Positions 55,570-64,000 of a DNA stretch of 64,000 bases are shown here, piece after piece (within the stretch, counting starts at the first letter, position 1; every line of letters begins with the position of its first letter). Below the pieces are notes generated by a model. That model was not told where the DNA came from, did not search any database, and worked only from the letters and a program-made list of their open reading frames with translations. This DNA comes from an uncultured Actinomycetota bacterium (GTDB lineage: Bacteria > Actinomycetota > Actinomycetes > CAVWCF01): positions 106 to 64,105 of the forward strand of contig CAWFSE010000010.1 in the NCBI GenBank assembly GCA_963818455.1, in the 5' to 3' direction. A program made the position numbers and the translations under genes.

Positions 55570-56132
55570 GACACGGCGATCCAGCTGCCGGCCGCCACGG
55601 CCAGCACCAGGCCGAGCCAGAGCCACTTGTCGTCGCCGCTGTCGGCGAACGAGCCGATGAAGCGGGTCAGCCGGTTGCGCTCGAGCATCCCCTCGCGCTG
55701 GATCAGCCGCAGCAGCGCGGCGTTGATCAGCACCACCGCCAGCCCGTTGACGATGCAGAAGACGCAGATCGCGCCGAGCACGAAGGTGGACTGCCAGAAG
55801 TACCAGAGCGTGAAGCCGAGCATGAAGACGGCGAAGAACTCGAGCACCCCGAGGTAGCGCTTCGACAGCGCCGACCCGAGCACGCCGGACAGCCCCGCGG
55901 AGAGCATGAGCACGAACACCGACAGGCCGATCATCGCGTTGGGCACGTCGCCGAAGACGCTGCTCTGCCAGGCGGTGAGGATCGACCCGCACTGGAAGGT
56001 CGCCGTCAGGTCGCAGAAGAGGTCCTCGCCGGGGTTGTCGGCGATGGCGATCCGCTCGACGATCTGGGTGCCGGTGGCGGCCGCGCCGGCGAGGCCGGCG
56101 GCGAGGATGAGCGCATAGGGGCGAGATGACAT
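55566..56132 (-). CDS. Vitamin K epoxide reductase (VKOR) family protein
   Basis: FCDLTATFQCG, WQSSVFGDVPNA, GAICVFC (CXXC). Confidence 0.9.
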   Translation of the reverse strand: MSSRPYALILAAGLAGAAATGTQIVERIAIADNPGEDLFCDLTATFQCGSILTAWQSSVFGDVPNAMIGLSVFVLMLSAGLSGVLGSALSKRYLGVLEFFAVFMLGFTLWYFWQSTFVLGAICVFCIVNGLAVVLINAALLRLIQREGMLERNRLTRFIGSFADSGDDKWLWLGLVLAVAAGSWIAVS

Positions 56133-56203
56133 GGGGCCTAGCCTGCCCGCTCGACCGCCGCGGGGCGCGGGTCCTTCGGCCCGTGGCGCGGCGCGGCGCG
56201 ATT

Positions 56204-56218
56204 TGGAACGCCGTTCCA
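56204..56218. promoter_or_regulatory. Palindromic operator between VKOR and citA
   Basis: TGGAACG-C-CGTTCCA has the same core as 45531-45545. Confidence 0.55.
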
Positions 56219-56369
56219 CATCCTGGGATGGCCCCTGCTGACGACGGGCCGGCCCGGAGTAGGGTCGCCTCCCGGCGCACACCCGCGCCCGCTTTTCGGC
56301 CCCACCCGTACGCCCGACCCGACCAGACCCACCTGGCGACCACCCCTCGCCCGGACCCAGGAGCTGCGC

Positions 56370-57495
56370 ATGTCCGACTTCGTCCCCGGCCTTGAGGGCG
56401 TCATCGCATTCGAGACCGAGATCGCCGAGCCGGACAAGGAGGGCAGCGCGCTGCGCTACCGCGGCGTCGACATCGAGGACCTGGTGGGCCGGGTGTCGTT
56501 CGGCCAGGTCTGGGGCCTGCTCGTCGACAACGAGTTCAACCCGGGGCTGCCGCCGGCCGAGCCGTTCCCGATCCCGGTGCACTCCGGCGACGTCCGCGTC
56601 GACGTGCAGTCGGCGATCGCGATGCTCGCGCCCGCGTGGGGCCTCCAGCCGCTGCTCGACATCGACGACGACACCGCCCGCGAGAACCTCGCCCACGTGT
56701 CGGTCATGGCGATGTCGTTCGTCGCGCAGTCCGCGCGCGGCACCGGCCAGCCGATGGTGCCGCAGGCGCACATCGACGGCGCCCGCACGATCGTCGAGCG
56801 CTTCATGCGCCGCTGGCGCGGCGAGCCCGACCCCAAGCACGTGCAGGCCGTCGACGCGTACTTCGTGTCCGCCGCCGAGCACGGCATGAACGCCTCGACC
56901 TTCACCTCGCGGGTCATCGCCTCGACCGGCGCCGACGTCGCCGCCTGCGATCTCCGGCGCGATCGGCGCGATGAGCGGCCCGCTGCACGGCGGCGCCCCG
57001 TCGCGGGTCCTCGGCATGATCGAGGAGATCGAGGAGATCGGCGACGCCGACGCGTACGTCAAGGGCATCCTCGACCGCGACGAGCGGCTCATGGGCTTCG
57101 GCCACCGCGTCTACCGCGCCGAGGACCCGCGCGCCCGCGTGCTGCGCCGGACCGCCAAGGAACTCGACGCCCCCCGGTACGAGGTCGCCGAGGCCCTGGA
57201 GCAGGCCGCGCTGGCCGAGCTGCGCGACCGCCGGCCCGACCGCGTGCTCGAGACCAACGTCGAGTTCTGGGCGGCGATCGTCCTGGACTTCGCCGAGGTG
57301 CCGGCGCACATGTTCACCTCGATGTTCACCTGCGCCCGGCTCGCCGGCTGGAGCGCGCACATCCTGGAGCAGAAGCGCACCGGCCGCCTCGTCCGCCCGT
57401 CGGCCCGCTACGTCGGACCGGCCCCGCGCAAGCCCGAGGAGGTCCCGGGCTGGAACGCCGACATCGTGGCCCCCAGCGGCTACCCGCAGGCCTGA
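56370..57495 (+). CDS. citA: Citrate synthase 2 (frameshift at about 56950)
   Basis: FVPGLEGV, LRYRG, AEHGMNASTF, SGPLHGGAP, LMGFGHRVYRAEDPR, TNVEFW. Confidence 0.95.
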
Positions 57496-59779
<2,284 letters not shown>

Positions 59780-59793
<14 letters not shown>

Positions 59794-60986
59794 GGGCGAC
59801 CTCGTCGGGGAGCATCCGCTCGAGCGCGGGCACGACCCCCCAGGCGCCGCGCAGGTCGCGGTACTCGGCCACCTGCTCGGCCGTCGCCGGAGCGCCCGTG
59901 CGCACCGCGCGGATCAGCGTGTTGCGCGGCGTGTGCTGGCTGCCGACGAACTCGACCACCTCGACCCGGTAGCCCAGCAGCCGCAGCAGGGCCGCGCGCA
60001 GCGCGTCGGTGAGCGCGTCGGCGAACCGCTCGCGCAGGATCCCGTGCCGCACCAACGGCCCGTACGGGTAAGGCGGCGCCGCGGCGCGCAGCTGGCGCTG
60101 CACGTCGTGGTGGCAGCACGGCGCCGCGAGCACCACCCGCGACCCCCACCGCACCGCGCGGGCCAGCGCCTCGTCGGTCGCGGTGTCGCACGCGTGCAGC
60201 GCGAGCACGAGGTCGGCGGGCGGCACGTCGGCGCCGGCGATGGTCCCCTCGGCGAACGCCAGCCCCGCCCAGCCCAGCTCCGCCGCGATCCGGGTGTTGC
60301 GCTCCCGCGCCTGCGCCTTGACGTCCACCCCGGTCATCCGCACGTCGAGGCCGCGGGCGCGCAGCCGGTCGTACGCGGCGAACGTGAGGTAGCCGTTGCC
60401 GCAGCCGAGGTCCACCGCAGACAGCGGCTCCGCGCGGTCGAGGTCGGCGAGCGGGTCGAGCACCGGCTCCAGGGCGCGCACGAACGCCTCGACCTGGGCG
60501 TACTTGCCCTCGCGGCGCGGCTTCACCCTGCCCTCGGCGTCGGTGATGCCGACCGCATGCAGGTACGGCTCGGACGGGTCGACCGCCCGCGGCTTGGCGC
60601 GGTCGTGCGCCCGGGGTCCGGCCGCCGCCGGCGGGCGGCGCGCTGCGGTGCACCTGGGCCAGGCCCCGCTTGGTCACCCGCAGCTCGACGACCTCGTCGA
60701 CCGCCTCGACCCGCCAGTGGCCGTACGGCTCGGCGAGCAGCCCGTCGACCTGCGCCTCGGCGTCGGGGCCGTACGGGTGGTTGGCGGTGAAGGCCTGCCG
60801 CTCGTCGTAGCGGACGATCTGCAGCAGCCGTCCGGCGGCGAGGTCGACCGGCTGCAGGTCGGCCCGTCGGTGCTGCGGATGGCCCCCGCGGCGCCCCGAG
60901 GCGATCGCCCGGACCAGCCGGTCGGGGTCGAGCAGCGTGGTCCGCAGCGCGGCGAGCGCGTCGGGCAGCGGCTGGGGCGGCGGCAT
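59780..60986 (-). CDS. Class I SAM-dependent methyltransferase (Methyltransf_32-like), frameshifted
   Basis: VDLGCGNGYLTFA, GVDVK, LALHACDTATD, APCCHH, EFVGSQHTPRNTLIRA. Confidence 0.9.
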
Positions 60987-60989
60987 CGA

Positions 60990-61073
60990 TCAGAGCAGCG
61001 AGCCGACGATGACGGCGAGGATCATCAGCGCCAGCGCGGCGGGCACCAGCCAGCGCCGCGTCCGGGGATCCAT
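60990..61073 (-). CDS. 27-aa single-TM small protein
   Basis: TAGCCT -10 lies 7 nt before the ATG. MDPRTRRWLVPAALALMILAVIVGSLL ends 3 nt before the methyltransferase ATG. Confidence 0.55.
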   Translation of the reverse strand: MDPRTRRWLVPAALALMILAVIVGSLL

Positions 61074-61127
61074 GGGGTCGAGGCTAACCGCTGCGGCGCG
61101 GGCCGCCCCGCCTCGTAGGCTCAACCC

Positions 61128-61445
61128 GTGACCGACCAGCCCGCACCCGACGAGGCCGCATCGGACGAGGCCGCGCCCGAGGCGGCTGCGGCCCCCGCCG
61201 GCAAGCGCGTGCTCCGAGAGCCGCCCGAGCCCCCGCAGGCCGACGCCGTCGTCCCGGTCACCGTCGGCACGGCGCTGTGGGCGGTGGCGTTCCTGGTGCT
61301 GCTGGCCTTCCGCGACCAGCTGGCCGAGGCCGACAACTCCTGGTGGCTGGCGGTCTGCGCGACCGGTTTTGCCTTGGGGCTGCTGGGGATCTGGTACGTC
61401 CGGCGGCGCCGCGAGGCGTACCGGCGGGCCGGGCGCAGCCTGTAG
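61128..61445 (+). CDS. DUF2530 domain membrane protein
   Basis: VTVGTALWAVAFLVLL...WWLAVCATGFALGLLGIWY. TAGGCT -10. Confidence 0.85.
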   Translation: MTDQPAPDEAASDEAAPEAAAAPAGKRVLREPPEPPQADAVVPVTVGTALWAVAFLVLLAFRDQLAEADNSWWLAVCATGFALGLLGIWYVRRRREAYRRAGRSL

Positions 61446-61475
61446 CGCAGGCTCTCGCCCCGCCCAGGTCCGGAC

Positions 61476-64000
61476 TTAGTCCCAGGCCGCCTCGCGGGCG
61501 AGCGCCTCGCCCCGCGCGGGGTCGGCCAGCGCCTCGGCGAGCAGGTGGCGCGCCGGCCACCTCCCGGCCGCCCAGGCCAGCCCGCGGGCCAGGCCGTCCA
61601 TCGTCGCGGCCCGCACGACCGGCGGCCCGTCGGCCGGCTCGTCCACCCACCAGTCGACCGCGAGGTCGTCCTGCTCGACGTACGTCGCGGGGGCCTCGGG
61701 CAGCAGGCGCGCGACGATCGGCGGGGTCGGGCGGGTCACCGCGTCCGCCGACAGCGGCGGCGGCTCGACGCGGGCGAGGTCGAGGTCGAGCAGGTCGGCC
61801 AGCCGGGCGTCGCCGGCGACCACCGGGCGCGTGCCGAGCAGCGGCAGCAGGTACGGCGCGGCGGCCACCACCGCCTCGTCGGCCGGGCGGACCACCCCGT
61901 CGGCGCAGCGCACGCGATCGGGCGGGTCGACGCGGTCTGGGTCGACGGCCGACAGCGCGCGGTGCAGGGCCGCCGCGTGAGCGGGCTCGATGGCCCGCCC
62001 CTCGTCGGCCAGCCGGTCGAGCAGGTCCTGCGGCCCGTCCGGCTCCTCAAGCAGCCGCTCGACCGTGGTCCGCGCGCCCAGGGCTGCCAGCAGGTCGGGG
62101 CCGGCGGCGGCGGCCCACACCTCGGGGACCGGGTCGAACACGCCGTCCAGCCGGTCGTCGCCGGGCAGCCGCAGGTCGGCCAGCGGCGTCGCGCCGACCG
62201 AGGCCAGCCGGCCGATCCGCCACGCCGAGGGTCCCGGCGCCCACGCCGAGCGGCCGTCGGCGGCGACGACCCGCACCGGGTCGAGCAGGGCCCGTCGCGC
62301 CGCCGGGTCGGCGGCCGCCAGGGCGAGCGCCTCGGGCCAGGCGTCCGGGCGCACCGCCCCGAGCGGCCGAAGCAGCGCGACGTCGACGGCGGTGGGCGGC
62401 TCGGGATGGTCGAGGGCGCCGGGGCAGGCGAGCTCCAGCCGCTCGGCGGCGTCCTCGGCCCAGTCCGCCCACCAGCCGGGGTCGCCGTCCGAGGGCCCGT
62501 CCGATCCGCCGTCGAGCGCGACCACCGGGATCACCTCGACGGCGAACCGCGCGGCCACCCCGAGCCTCGCCAGCGCGCGCGGCCGGCGGGCGGCCAGCGA
62601 GGGGTCTACCGCGGGGAGTTCGGCCAGCGCGGCCAGCGGCGAGCCCGGGAGCACCGCCTCCCGCGCGGGGGCGTGGCCGCCGCCCGTCCAACGGCACCGG
62701 CCACTCCCCGAGGGCCTCGGGGAGCACCGACTCGTCGGGGACCTCGTCGAGCAGGTCGAGCAGGTCGTCGAGGACCTCGGGGTCGTACGCCTCCGGGCCG
62801 TGCGCCGCCGCAGCGAGGCCGGGCAGGGCGAGGACCGCGGCCGCGTCGGCGTCCCTCACCCCGAGCCGCCTCAGCAGGGGGTGGTCGGCATCGGGGTGCA
62901 CGACGCGGGCTCCCGCCGCCGCGAGCAGCGCCGTGGACCGGGCCCCGGCCAGCAGGCCGCGCGCACCGCGGGCCATGCCCCCGCCCGCCAGTGGGATCGG
63001 CAGCCCGTCCAGCGCCCCCGGCGGCGCCTCGTCGGCGGACAGGGCCGCGTACAGCCGCGCCCACCACTCCGGCGGCCCGCCCGAGGACAGCCCGTCCAGG
63101 CAGTCCGCGAGCTCGGCCTCCTCGACGTGCAGGGCCCGCAAGGCGCCGCGACGCGCCGCCGTGGACGACCAGGCGGGGTCCAGCGCCCCCGGCAGCCGCT
63201 CGGCCAGCACCCGCAGCGTGTCGGCCCCTGCGCCCGGCACGGTGTACGCCGACGCGAGCGGCGCCGCGGCCAGCAGCCGCTCGCGGATCTGCTGCCGCAG
63301 CAGCCCGTCGAAGACGCCCGCGGCGGCCGGACCGGGGACGAGGGCGAGCCCGGCCGGGGACTCGGCGATGAGCGGCGCGGCCAGCCCCGCGTACGCCTCG
63401 GCGGCCCGTTCGGCGAGCCAGTCTGCGAGAGGTCCGGGCTCGACCGCGGCGCGGCCGGGGTCCTGCGGCAGCGCGCCGAGCAGCAGCGCCGGCAGGTCGA
63501 CCGGCTCGGCGGTCGGGGTCGGCCCGTGCGCCACCGCGGGGACGCCCGGGGGCAGCCCGATCGGCGCGCCCTCGGGGTCAACCGGGAGGGCCCAGCGCAG
63601 CCAGCGGCGCGCGGACAGCCGCTCCTCGACCGGCCGGTCGGCGAGCAGCGGAGCGGGCGCCTCGCCGGCCCAGGACGCGCACAGCCACTGCGAGCGCTCG
63701 TCGCCGTCGTGGACCACCACCCGCTCGCCGTCCCACCGCGCGGTCAGCGCCCGGACGGCGCCGTCGACCTCCAGCACCACCTCGGCCAGCGACCGCAGCG
63801 CGAGCAGCAGCCCGCAGTCGAGCGCGAGCAGCTGGCCGCGGACGGCCTCCTCGGCCACGGCGTCGCGCAGCGGGAGCACCACCTCGGTGGCGTAGCCCTC
63901 GGCCGGGGCCGAGTCCTCTGGCCAGGGCAGCCGCAGCAGCGGCGCGCGACCGCCGCGGGCGGCGACCTCGGCGGCCAGCCCGGGGGCCGCGGCCTCGGCC
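61476..64000 (-). CDS. Sacsin-like/Hsp90-type ATP-binding-domain family large protein (C-terminal part; frameshifted, runs off window)
   Basis: PLLRLPW...GYATEVVLPLRD, HGPTPTAEPVDLPALL, C-terminal VDWWV...GLARGLAWAAGRWPARHLLA. Typically found near DUF2530/serC in actinobacteria. Confidence 0.7.

Overview
High-GC actinobacterial chromosomal window, judged from TANNNT leaderless promoters, a serC-citA-pdxH block, IdeR, c-di-AMP riboswitches and a LexA box. Many otherwise intact genes are broken by small indels, as expected from an unpolished long-read or metagenomic assembly, so broken genes are called as single CDSs. Contents in order: TetR plus a divergent accessory-less urease (ureAB/ureC2-type), SOUL protein, Tat multicopper oxidase, secreted Zn peptidase, arsR-arsM, DUF2252, AIM24, DUF389, LexA-controlled DUF222/HNH gene, GNAT, F420 LLM oxidoreductase and a histamine/trimethylamine-dehydrogenase-family enzyme. 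Next is a tRNA-Arg(CCT) flanked by two mobile-element remnants, then glgX-treY-treZ, plsB/plsC, xylA, two tandem c-di-AMP riboswitch-NlpC/P60 units, CsoR-family and IdeR regulators, photolyase, ParA, pdxH, VKOR, citA, serC and a sacsin-like gene. The three most intriguing observations are: (1) a DDE-type transposase remnant whose apparent right end abuts the first base of the tRNA, a possible tRNA-5'-end-targeting element; (2) a stand-alone ~255-nt structured transcript encoding an 11-aa peptide (MNELDYGPWDD); (3) a urease with an altered active-site flap, no visible accessory genes and a possible single-chain junction.
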